DNA from: Fimbriosthenelais zetlandica
Lineage: Eukaryota
Assembly (NCBI GenBank): GCA_977030845.1
Contig: OZ365113.1
Location: 20,026,001-20,090,000 of the forward strand
Reading direction: 5' to 3'
Length of the DNA stretch: 64,000 nt
Below are positions 40,031-51,172 of the stretch, in pieces. Position 1 is the first letter of the stretch, and each line of letters begins with the position of its first letter. A program made the position numbers and the translations under genes. The notes under the pieces are model-generated. The model searched no databases. It was not told the DNA's origin and was given only the letters and a program-made list of their open reading frames with translations.

Positions 40031-43000
40031 ACACTTACACCTCAACTTGTGTCAAGGGTGTTCAGCCATTCCAGCCTCTCTTCCTAAATACCCCTTAGAA
40101 TCATTATGGCTTTCTCTTCTGATAATTTCAGTGCCATAAAAGAGTAGTTCGTATTGCTGAAATTATGAGACTAAAGGCAAATTAAACTAATCAGTGTCAA
40201 AGAACTAGGCCTAAATGTAGTTGTGATTACTACAAGCGATATGGGTTAAAAAGACGAAATACTTAAATGTATCTCCAGGGTTTTGGTGTCCTTGCACTGT
40301 GAAAATTGCATTAATGCCTCAGAATTTAATTAACCTCGTTCGAAATTTTCCCTGAACCCCAGATGCCCTCTTGTCGAGGCAAAAGCGTGAAGAAAAGATT
40401 GGGTAAATTAGAGGAATGTGTTAAGGCGTATGTTGGGGGAGATTGTGGGCCAATCAGGGGCGGAGCCGATACGGGTATGGCAATGCTGCTTTACACCAGA
40501 TGGTACAGCGATAGTGAGAGAGCAAGACTTGCCCCAAATTAATGATCAATCTTATTTTCAATTTTCAGTAATCTCAACAAATATTTTTAACACCAAAATT
40601 TAATTTTAAATGTTAAGTCAAAAACGAATTTTGAGATCAAAATGAGTGAATATGAAAGTAAGAGTTGTCTCCCGATCTAAATGGGGGAATCAAGGCTGAT
40701 TTATGACAAGGGTATTTTCTTTGAAAAATTAATTTCATCTTCCTAGGACAATGGCTAGTCTAGGGAAGATGGGGGTGATCATAGAGGATTAGCAGGCCCC
40801 ACTATAGGCCCTCCTCTCTGCCCGCCCCTGGGGACATCCCACATCGGCTCCGGTAATGAAAGCATCAATGTTGGGGAGTCTGGAACACCTGAGCCGGCGA
40901 CCCTTATGACCCGTGCAGTCCTCCAAAGGCAGCTCTCTCTTTCTCTCCCTCTCATGCTTTCGCCCAAAGAGAAAGTATTATAATTTCAATGTGGAGCTGC
41001 ACGTATTCCTTCATGTAGAAAGCCTTATATTAACCTCGTGGCACATAAATTAAAACCTTTTCTGTCATTACAATTCTGGAGATTAACCAGAATTCTAGCC
41101 TGGGGTTGAAGCATGTCATATTTGCCCTTTCCCTGACTCTAGTACATGTCCCCATATCCCAGGGGTAAGGCTATGTATGTGTGGACTGCAAAAGTGGCAA
41201 ACTCATCGCCCTTGGCGCCACTACAAGTATAACTTGTCGACGTAAGGTTTGGTCCATCGTAAATATTGACCTTTCACTGAAAGACTGCAGTCCTTCCCCT
41301 CAGACTGTGGGTTTGTCGAACGCCACACTCATTCCATTGATAATCTGAAGGCACATTGGCTGCCTGGGTGACACACATATATACAGTTACACCCCAAGAC
41401 CCCCCTCACCAAGGATTTTAATCCTGGCGTCTATAGATTTAGGATTTTAAATACTTACTATATATAATAGGCATAGTTTTAAATATTTTAGTATAATCTT
41501 AAACCTATTATTGACCACTAATAAGATATTTTTACCGGCATTAGAAAACCAGTTAGCCAGTATTTTACAACCGTTTACTTTTAACTCCTCTCACTTGCCA
41601 TTGTGAAACAGATCCACCGTATAAGTATATTGGCTGGCGGAGTAGCACCTCAGCTGGCTAAGCACATTGGTAATGTAAGAGATATACAAAATGTCACTTC
41701 ACCAGTCCAAGAGCATCAGAGAGGGATTTGTTCAATGTGTGTGAGGGATTTTTAAAGAGATTTTCCCCTCTTGTTATTCATCGCTCTCTCAAGCACTGAA
41801 TCATTCCATCTCCCATTGATGAAGCTTCCATTGATATTCATCACCGCCTTAAATATATGCAAATCACCCCCGGGGGGATCTCTTGGCAATTTGGATGCCC
41901 CCAAGCGATTTGATAACACCCCATTGAGTCATGGCTCAGATTCCGATAGGCTGTGGACATCTGATGATTTCGGAATGGGTTTGAAACAATGGGTGCCGAC
42001 CTCTGCGAGCACTTTAGGTTAAAACATAGTCGTATTCGATTGTCTGGTGTGTTTTTAAGAATTACGTTCACACATCTTGAATTTCCCATGGTATTTTTGT
42101 TTTTCTTCTTTTTCTAACTTAACGAGGCGTATGTGAAGTTTGTGCTTCAACTGATTGGAATCTTTTCAAAGGCGAAAATAACATTGGAGTTGAACAGGGG
42201 TGGATCCCAGAGTAATAATGTTATCGGTGGTCCATCTGTCAGTTTTAATATAGGCCTAACACTTACGTTTTTATTACCTAAAAATTTAATTTAAGGAGGA
42301 TCCAAGCTGGGATGAGATGCTGAAACACATGAATATTGAAACTTGAAACCCCCTATGATGTCATTTATATAGGCCCTAAGATCATAATTTCTAGAATAGG
42401 CCTATAGGCCTACTTTTCAATTAACAGATTTCCGATGTACATTTCTTTGAAACATCAAAATAGAGATCAAAAGAAATGTACTTATGAAGACATCAATGAC
42501 ATTTTATTCTTGGGATAACATCATATGGCTCACATCTTCGAATACGGCGAGCGAGTACAATATAATTCCCATTCATCTGTCCACCCTAGCCATATGCCCC
42601 TCTACATCATATGGGCTTTGTATATATATCCATACACATCTATACACAGAATGAGTACATGTGTATGTCTTGGATGTGTAGAGAGGGGGGAGGTGTGGTG
42701 GCTGCTCAGTTCCAACCCTCCATGTGGCCAGCATTCCAACCCTTCTGCTCGGAGCACCTCGAGGTCAGACCCAACCGTTTCCACAGATTGTTGGCCGCCA
42801 CTCTGGCGCCAGGCGTTATGAGACTAACATGTGCCGACAGCTCACACCCACATCTTGAAAACCTTACACCTCCAATTTGGAAAACACATGTTTCCACCGG
42901 GAGCCCCCAGTGTTTTTAAAGGCGGCCGCCAGTTGGATCCGTATCTCCATCTCTTGCCTTTACACTGCTGGGATCTGGACTCTGTCTCCCAGCTCCAGGG

Positions 43001-45431
43001 TCTGTGTGTGTATGTATATAGGTCTGTCTTCCTCCAGTACTCACACCACTCCACTCCATGGTTTCCATCCGGGCTGATACTGTTTGAAAGCCTGTGACAA
43101 CAGGGATTTAGATAAGGACATGGTGCCAGGATGTTTGTCGTTGCCTCATTAGAATCTCTGACTGCTTTCTGTGACTGGGAAATATCTTGGTCCTTGTTTT
43201 ATCCCGAGCTCTGTGTTCCAGATGTAGCGAGAAAGATGGCCAGAGCCAGCAAAAGAACAAGTCAGAGAGGGCGAATAGAGAAGAAATCTCTTACGTATTG
43301 CACCTCTGTCAAATATCTGTCAACAGTAAATATAAGCCTAAGCCGAACAAAAGGGGAAAAAGTCGTATGTATACTATATAAAGCAAGTTATAATTGCCTG
43401 GAAAATATCCTCAAGCCCCTAAAAAGCATGATAATAAACAATAAGACATTTCCATTCTGAGACAAATAGACCGATAGATATATAGCCAAGCCTAGCTATA
43501 ATCCAGCCTAGCTAAAAGACATTCCCAACTGATAAAGTGGTCATGAATACCAGCTTATTTAATGATCAATTAATTTACATATAAACGTATGTTCTATGAT
43601 ATATACAAGGATTAACTAAAATTACACAGGGGCGGGGGTGGAAAAGATTAGTAAGAAGACAGCTGTATCAAGGTGGTTCAGTCGTGCTGGACATTTTCCG
43701 CTTGTACATCATTAACTGAAGCGGGATCTGCTTACACTGCGAGCAGTTGGTTTGATCCAGCTGCTCGCTGGGTCGTCCCTCGAGCTACTCGTGACACGGC
43801 ATATGAGGAGATTATGGCTGAAGGTAGGGGCTAGTCTGGTCCACCCGCCCCTCCACTGTCACCTGCCTCCTCGACAAACAGTCTTTGGCTGTTCTGCTTC
43901 TACAGAAACTTGCTGTTAAATGGAGGGAAATTGATGTGAAAAATTGTCACAAGTTTGGTCTCCAATCCAGATTCAAATGGGAGATGTACTGGTCTCTCTC
44001 ATTCGGAACAATGTTAAGTGTTTCGGCTGATTAGGGTTTGTGTTATTTTTTTGAGTAACGAGGTGTGTTATTGTCCAGTAGCTTAGACTAAATATTGGCC
44101 TCTTTCTGGTCTCCTACAGCTGGGACAATTTGTATAACATGCATATAGGACATAATATACATGCATGTATGTACTTAGAAAGCCGGACATAGTGATACAA
44201 AAGAGTTTCTGGCACTCTGCATTATGGCATTACCTAGAATTCAATTCGTATATAAATGGGATGTATATGTTCCATACAAGGAGAAGCACATAAAGACACT
44301 GACCAGGCACAAATGATTGAGTTTTGGGTTTATCCTGAGCTGTCTTCCTTGACACAATGTCAATGCAAATGACACTGCGCAGACACAAGGAAACTTCGAT
44401 CTCTTCAGTAGTCAGAAAATGAGGGATTAAAAGTCCCGAGGCTAACATTTTTCTTATGGCCAACTAGTTAAATGCAGCCTGTAATAGGCATTGCAAAACT
44501 TTTCCTAGCCAACTGAACCAATGCTGGTACCCTTTAAATCCATTAGGCCTAAGCCTAGTTCATGACATTGGCACATCAATGGAAGACCTGTGTTTTTGTC
44601 TGTGTTAGAAAGCACGCGGGGACGTGCGTGCCATTTTCGAAGTATTTCATAATTAAACTTCCTATCCCGGGACCCCATTCTCTTGTATTAAAAAATAACC
44701 CAAGAACCAGTACAACTATTCAAGATCACATACAGTGCCTAGTAATGAGCACTATATCATATCACACTTGATGGCTTGTTAAACATAAACAATATGAACA
44801 CAGAGGACATAAGTTTACTCCATTGTGTGAGATGACCAGCATTATATAGTGAGGATTCGCGGGGGGTCCTCACTTATTCCAACCAATACTCTTTCTCCCT
44901 GACAGGTTAATGAGAACCGTGTGCGCGCCAAATTAAATTCTACATTGGGCGCGTCTTGGCAGATCAAGCTGGACACCTGGTGGTCACGTGTAGAAATGGG
45001 AAGATTAGTTACAGACTAGGGGGGCATTATGCAAGCCTAGATACGAAGGGGTACGAATATTAAAAAATAATAAGTAGACCTAGGCCTATACAGAAATTCC
45101 TAACTACAGATTCCATTCAAAATGCTCCCTTATTAAATTATGATACTCGGACCAGAGAGAGTCTCAGACTCTGCTCGGGCAAATCTCACCACCACCCCTC
45201 CCGCCCTTTTCAACCATCGCTCTTCAACGGAACGGCCCACCAAGTGTGCTTCCCCCAAGTGGCCAAGCCAAGAATCAATCGACTCTATATTATAAAGAAC
45301 ATCTACCAGGGGGCGGAACTGTGCACTCGAACGTGTCGCACGTTAAGAATCTATCATTTGAAAACAATTTCAAAATCCATCTTCACGAAATCCTTTATAC
45401 GGAAATAGTTTGCATAAATTCTGAATTGGCT

Positions 45432-45437
45432 TTTATT
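45432..45437 (-). terminator. Candidate polyadenylation signal (AATAAA) for the PstS-GC transcript
   Basis: The first minus-strand AATAAA I found downstream of the stop, about 400 nt away; position only. Confidence 0.35.
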
Positions 45438-45839
45438 CAATAGGCGACATAGAAAACTAGCAACTTAAAGTGTTTTTCTATTCATAGCTTTACTTATACC
45501 AAACAATTCAAAATAGACAGGTCTATGAAAGGTAGAGTCGATGAAATTGAGGTAGAACAGTGACTGATAACCATCATTTGAAACATAGCCTTCCATTATG
45601 AAGGCAATTGGTAATAAGGGTACAGAAAACATTAATAATTATTTGTATAATTTACTGAAGTAGGCCTATTATATATTTTATAATATTAGGTCTATAAATA
45701 CAGTATAGTAGCAAGACTGTACACAAAAGCCCGCTTCTCTCAATGAAGCAATTAGACACCAGGTTCATTATAGGTCATATCCATACAATATGGCACCCAT
45801 CATAACAATAGAATATGCCATTAGCATTACATAATATAT

Positions 45840-45989
45840 CTACATCCCATCAACACTTGGTAGAGAATCATTGCTTTCATGATTACCGATGGGATCATCA
45901 TCGTGTTCCCGCATGGTTGTCTGAACGGGTAGCTTCTTGTCATAGCCTCTTTTTCCTACCAACCAATATGTCTGCATGGACCCTTTACC
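45840..45989 (-). CDS. PstS-GC terminal exon ([12 protein letters not shown]...SVDGM*)
   Basis: Acceptor ttttcctcttgcag|GGT. KGKGxMxTYWL is the conserved end of class III cyclase domains. Stop TAG at 45840-45842. Confidence 0.93.
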   Translation of the reverse strand, partial: GKGSMQTYWLVGKRGYDKKLPVQTTMREHDDDPIGNHESNDSLPSVDGM

Positions 45990-48900
45990 CTGCAAGAGGA
46001 AAAACAAATCATTATCAGGAAAACCAGGAAGTTAATGAGATTTTTCAGACAACTTTCATAACCATTATATTAATGTTCCAAATCAGGGTTCCTGTAGTTC
46101 GGAGATGATCAAATTTAAAACTTTTTTAAAATACTTTTTAAGACCAATGATCCTCATTTTTAACACCTAAAATTCGCACTTTCTGACAAAGAATAGTCGG
46201 CAAAATCGCCAGTTAAATCATTGATAACATCGTCAGTAGTATAGTGGACAATGGCGACAAGGCCTTAAATTTTCCCAAAACCAATTTAAGACTTTTTAAT
46301 GCCGCGCGGGAATCCTGCAAATGAGCATCTTTCACAGTAAATGATGTGATGGCTTCTATTCTCACCATTAGATCGCATGTTAGCCCTACCTTCACGCTAC
46401 AGGTAAAACGTTATAAGGAGTTCTAGATGAAAGAAAATTTAATGAATCCACTGGAGTGACCAGTACAGGAGCTCCTGTGTGATTAATTAGGCCTACACTC
46501 ATATTTGCCATCGTCTTCATGGGACCACCTCAAAGCATGTTAGAATGATTAGTGGTGAGAGATAGATTCATTGTCAAAGCCAGCTGCAACGCTTCTTGGA
46601 ACATAGATATTGAACAGCGCTGTTGTGAATTTAACATGAGGCATGTTATAACCGTCGTCTGCCTCTTAACTAATGTCAGCTTCAGGCAGGAACATTCGAT
46701 TACATAATGTGAAGCAGAATAATTTTACATGACAAATTTCACATTCATCTATGAAACAAAACATTAGTAGGCCTACTTAAAACATGTTATGGTCATACGA
46801 TTTTAAAGCGGGTAACCATAGACTGGATTTAAAAACGGGACTAAACATCTCTAATTAATTATTTCTTAATTTATAATTACCTTTATCTCCATGTTGCCTC
46901 TTCGTCGTATTTCATATCCCCCGATGGTATCCAGCACCTTTTTTGTAGAAGAGGACAAGTGGATTTTCATGGGTCTTGAATTGGTTTCCATTCTTGAGGC
47001 AGTATTGACTGCATCGCCAAACAAACAGTATCTTGGCATCTTGTTTCCAACCACGCCAGCGACCACTGAGCCACTGTTTACGCCTATTCTGATACGAAGC
47101 ATCTCCTCTGGTCTATGCTTTACTTTGAAGCTGCCACAGGCCACTGCAATGTCCAGGGACATATTGGCAATGTGCGAGGCATGCATTTTACCGTTTCTTG
47201 TTGGTAACCCTGATATGCACATGTAAGCGTCACCAATAGTTTCAACCTAGAAGAGAAGTAAATCATGAGATCATCAAGTGCTACATGAAAATACAATATT
47301 TAGCTACAATATTTAATAATTATCCAAATCCCTTTCTTTGACATGGTACTATTACATATATCGTTGTATCCTTACAAGCATTAATTTGAACGTACCTTAT
47401 ACACATCATGGGCCTCAATGACAGCATCAAATGTTGTGTATAAATCGTTGAGAAAGTCAACAATTTCCAAAGGTGATGATTCTGCCGCAATGGTAGTGAA
47501 ACCCACAATGTCGGAGAAATAGATAGTCACCGACCCGAACGCTTCTGGACTGACAGACTCTCCACGCGATAAGGAATCTGCAACTGAAGCTGGTAAGATC
47601 TTGTGCAACAACTCTTCAACTTGCTTGAGAGCTGCATTTAATTCGATTGTTCTTTCATTCACTTTGTCCTCCAAGTGATCGACGTATTTTTCTAGTTCTT
47701 CCATCATACAATCAAGTAAACTCTTCCTGTTGGGATTAGCTTGCTTGACCATTTTGATTACTTTTGAAAATTGAGGACGACCGGCAGGTTCAGGAGACCA
47801 GCAAGCAGTTAGGATGGATACCATTCTTTTTGGCATCTCTGATCCCAGCTCTGGCCTGTAGTCACCTTGGTAAATATCTTTAATTATTTTCTTGGGTTCT
47901 TTCTTTGACAGGGCTTCATCAAACGGATGTTTTCTAATGAAAAGTTCTATAACTGCCATAGAAAAACTGTAAACATCAGAATATTTTGTCGGGGGCAGAT
48001 ATCTGTCAGCGAGAATTTCAGGAGCGGTCCAAAACAGGTGGTTTGCAATCATATTTTCGTCGGTGCCTCCGGAATCTACATCAGAAAGTTCTCCAAGTAC
48101 TCCAGACCTGGTGATGATGTCCTGTGATGCGACCAGTTTTGTGTACTGCCAATCACCAACTTTGATTGTCCATCGGGAGTCAATGTAACAAGTGGCAGTA
48201 CTAAGAAAGCCATGGATTACATGATTCTGGTGTAGATAGTCCATGCCCATAGCTATGTCCATTGCCATAGTGTATTTAAAGTTGTCATCCAGATTGAAAC
48301 GCTCGCTATGTATGACGTCCTGCAAGGTGCCTTTCGTGCAATATAGGCTGATCAATTGGGTCTTCTTATCAAAGTCACTTATGCCATAGAAATTCACCAC
48401 ATTCAGATGATTTACTGTATCCCGCATCCACAGAAGCAAGCGCTTCGTACGATGCCTTAGTTCTTTAGGATCTTTGATGATGGTAATGGTTTGTATGTTC
48501 ACTAGTTCCCCATTCCATTGTCCGAACATCAGTGATTCAGGGTGGTCATGGTTTGCCTGCGACTTTCTAGATGATTTTTTTTCGGCCAGACTTCCAGCGC
48601 TCCTTGTGTGTCCTGTTATTGAACTATCAACAGACACAACCGACTTGGCGTTTATATTTTTCATAATGACTATAGAACTTGAAGGAATTATGTACTCTTT
48701 TAGAAGAATGGCTTTGTTTAGTTTCACTTGGTGATACACTATGTAGGCGACGAACAGTAAGAGAAGAAATATAGCAATGGGCAAGGCTATAAATAGTGGC
48801 GTACGCCATGTCTGAGCGGCAAATATTTCCATATATATCTCTTCCTCTACCAATTCCTTAACACTTCTCCCTTTACATGAAAATTCATTCAAAACCTGAT

Positions 48901-50319
48901 CAAAGATCCTAGTTGCGACTGCAGTACTCAGGGGCACCATACCCTTTGCAATGGTGGTATTTCTGGCAGTACTACTAGTCAGAAACCATTCAATGTAGCG
49001 ATAGAGAGCTGTTGCAGATCTACAGTCCTTCATAGTTGTTTTGTAGATAATTAGATAGGTGAAACTAGATATAGGATAACTGCTTCTTCCCGGAGCATCA
49101 ACGATGGAGAGGGTCATTTTCGAGGTGAATCCAGCTGAGAAGGCGTCCATAGCACTCTGTATTGTGGTCACGTTGGCCTCCACCAAGACATCGTCCTTGT
49201 TGAAAATCCTGGCTGATTGTAAACTAAAACTGACCGCATCAGCAGCTGACAGATAGCCGAGGGAGTAACGAATGGACACGAGTAAGCCAGCCATGCCAGT
49301 ATTAGTGTTTCCATAAAAGGAAATGGCATTAGGGTTCCAATGTACAGGTACATAGTTATCCAGTCCAACGCTGAATGATCCGTATGTGGCGTTCCATTCA
49401 GAACTGAAGGCGCTCAACGTACGAGTGAAAACGTCGGTGGTTCCTGACTTGTCAGATCGAGCCAGGACTATGATTTTAGAGTTGGGCAATGTAATGCCTG
49501 GGTTAGCTATGGCTATTTCTGTATCGTTCCACCACGTTATGGTTCCATTGTAGATGCCCACCACATGCTGACGTTTGAGATTTATTTGTGGATTATTCGG
49601 GAGATGGTAGGCAAGAACTACAGCCCTGGAATAGAAATAATTGATGAGTCTGGGTCAGTTGGGATTTATGTTATATAGGCCTAGAAGTATGTCACCTGTC
49701 CAAGCAGGATCTAAACCATCATTTTCCGCAAGGAACAAATCCTATGACTGATCTAACTTGCAAATTAAAGGTAAACATTTAACATCACAACTCACCCAGC
49801 CATGGTTGGAAACATTTGCAGATCTTGGTGAGTCAGATATTCGTTTTCGGAAAGTATTGAATCTGAACCAGCGTATTCCACGGGATCTCCATATCCTTCA
49901 ATTCTGGCTTTGCCTGCACCACTCCCAACAGCGTCATAGATCATATTCAGCGAGATGTCCCTTATCCTCTACAAATAAAACAAACACCCCGAGTTACTGG
50001 AGCTAACCAACATCAAGATTGAAGCGATAGTTGAAGAAGAATATGAAAGTTTCATACATATGCCTATAGAACATAATGGTTCAACTTTATGGTTGTTGCT
50101 AAGAATTAATAGATTTGGGGTTCAACACTGTTCATAAATATTTCTTAATAAAATGATCAAACTGACCTGGTACAGGAGAATCCATTGTTTGTAGACTGCA
50201 GATGGAAACGATGCTCCAGCTCCACGGAGCTGAACAACTTCACTTGCTGCGGCTACCTGGAGTGAGCATTGGGTCACTAAAGCCAGAGCCACACACAGAT
50301 AGAACGTCCACTGCTGCAT
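45840..50319 (-). CDS. Receptor guanylyl cyclase with PstS-type (type II periplasmic phosphate-binding) ectodomain; join(50167-50319,49796-49968,47396-49625,46881-47246,45840-45989), 1023 aa
   Basis: Five exons with GT-AG boundaries and consistent phases (0,2,0,0) sum to 3072 nt = 1023 aa + TAG. Domain order: signal peptide, PstS motifs ([33 protein letters not shown]), one TM helix, kinase-homology domain, coiled coil, cyclase domain ([36 protein letters not shown]). Confidence 0.93.
46881..47246 (-). CDS. PstS-GC exon: guanylyl cyclase catalytic core
   Basis: Acceptor cttctcttctag|GTT, donor AAG|GTAATT, 366 nt. VETIGDAYM...[38 protein letters not shown]; the GTP-specifying Glu (KVE) and Cys (RYC) are present. 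Confidence 0.96.
47396..49625 (-). CDS. PstS-GC large exon (2230 nt): rest of PstS domain, TM helix (~48734-48799), kinase-homology domain, coiled coil, start of cyclase domain
   Basis: Acceptor ttctattccag|G, donor AAG|GTACGT. Matches ORF 47381-49564 extended to AVVLAYHLP. The intron falls at the conserved DVYK|VETIGD position. Confidence 0.95.
49796..49968 (-). CDS. PstS-GC exon ([58 protein letters not shown]); missed by the ORF track
   Basis: Acceptor tttatttgtag|AGG, donor GG|GTGAGT, 173 nt, phase 0 to 2. Contains the PstS Y-x-x-x-GSGAG and (D/E)-(F/Y)-x-x-SD motifs. Confidence 0.92.
50167..50319 (-). CDS. PstS-GC exon: signal peptide and start of PstS domain ([15 protein letters not shown]...[24 protein letters not shown])
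   Basis: Hydrophobic N-terminus followed by LRGAGASFP (cf. E. coli PstS LTGAGATFP). Donor CAG|GTCAGT at 50167; the exon's acceptor is at 50354. Confidence 0.88.
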
Positions 50320-50692
50320 GTTATCACGCTGCTCATGTCTGTTCACATGACGACCTGAAAATATGGAATATTATTGTTACATTTTCTAAATGGCAAACAT
50401 TTCAGACTCCACAACATTAACTCATACAGCCAGCCTATGTGGGCCTGGTTATTTTCATTATTTGAATTTCCTGAAATCAAAGGTACTATACTGTTAAACC
50501 TTAACTTTCTAAGGACCAAAACTATAGGGACTACCAGCACTCCGGTTCATCCATTTCAGCAATGCCAAAATCTTTGAAGGCCAAAACTGTTGAATTTTAT
50601 AATGAAATAGTACCCTATATAAATAAATTAATTGTATTCTCAGTTCTATTAAACAAACAGAAGGTAGATTTAGTAAAATATGCAATTCTTAC

Positions 50693-50711
50693 CTAACATT
50701 GTAGGATCCAT
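50693..50711 (-). CDS. Possible first coding exon of the PstS-guanylyl cyclase (MDPTML-G), extending the protein by 18 aa
   Basis: Donor TTAG|GTAAGA at 50693. The ATG at 50711 has an in-frame TAG 9 nt upstream. Its phase-1 end joins the open frame starting at the acceptor ttttcag|GTCG at 50354, giving [22 protein letters not shown]. Confidence 0.45.
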
Positions 50712-51064
50712 AACGATGTTCTATTTTGAAGTTCAGGTTTTCAGAGTAGAAGCCATGCTAGCATCTTAGATGTCACACCCCGAAATGAAAAAAAAACGAG
50801 TCGCGCACATTCTGGCTAGATAGCCGGCTACCATGCCTGAGACAAAAAGTTGATGACGCGAGCTAATAAGATACTATTGGCGAACCAGCTGTCCAATCCA
50901 AAGGCAGGGAATGATACAGGTAGACTATGGAAAGTGATTTGTGACCATAAACGAAATTAAAGGGACCTGGCCGCTTTTCTATGCGATATTCTCCTCGACA
51001 TTCAGCAATCATATGGTATGTAACGTAACAATATAATGTGCTAATGGACGAGTGGCAAACAATG

Positions 51065-51172
51065 AATTTAAAAAATAAACAATTACAAGCTGTCTTGCAT
51101 CAATTTAAAAATCAACAATGTATAAGCTTTCTTGCATCAAATTTAAAAATTAACAATGAATAAGCTTTCTTG
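51065..51172. repeat. Minisatellite, 37-38-nt unit x3
   Basis: aatttaaaaat(c/t)aacaatg(t/a)ataagctttcttgcatc-like units start at 51065, 51102 and 51140. Confidence 0.85.

Noticed and set aside
47381-50346. PstS domain as bacterial contamination or a chimeric assembly
   Set aside because: PstS is split by two canonical introns with matching phases and is continuous, within one exon, with a metazoan TM, kinase-homology and cyclase sequence.
50277-50348. uORFs (ATG-TGA at 50348 and an overlapping ATG at 50336) regulating PstS-GC translation
   Set aside because: They are upstream only if translation starts at 50319. The in-frame ATG at 50711 in the probable previous exon would make them internal, and this cannot be resolved here.
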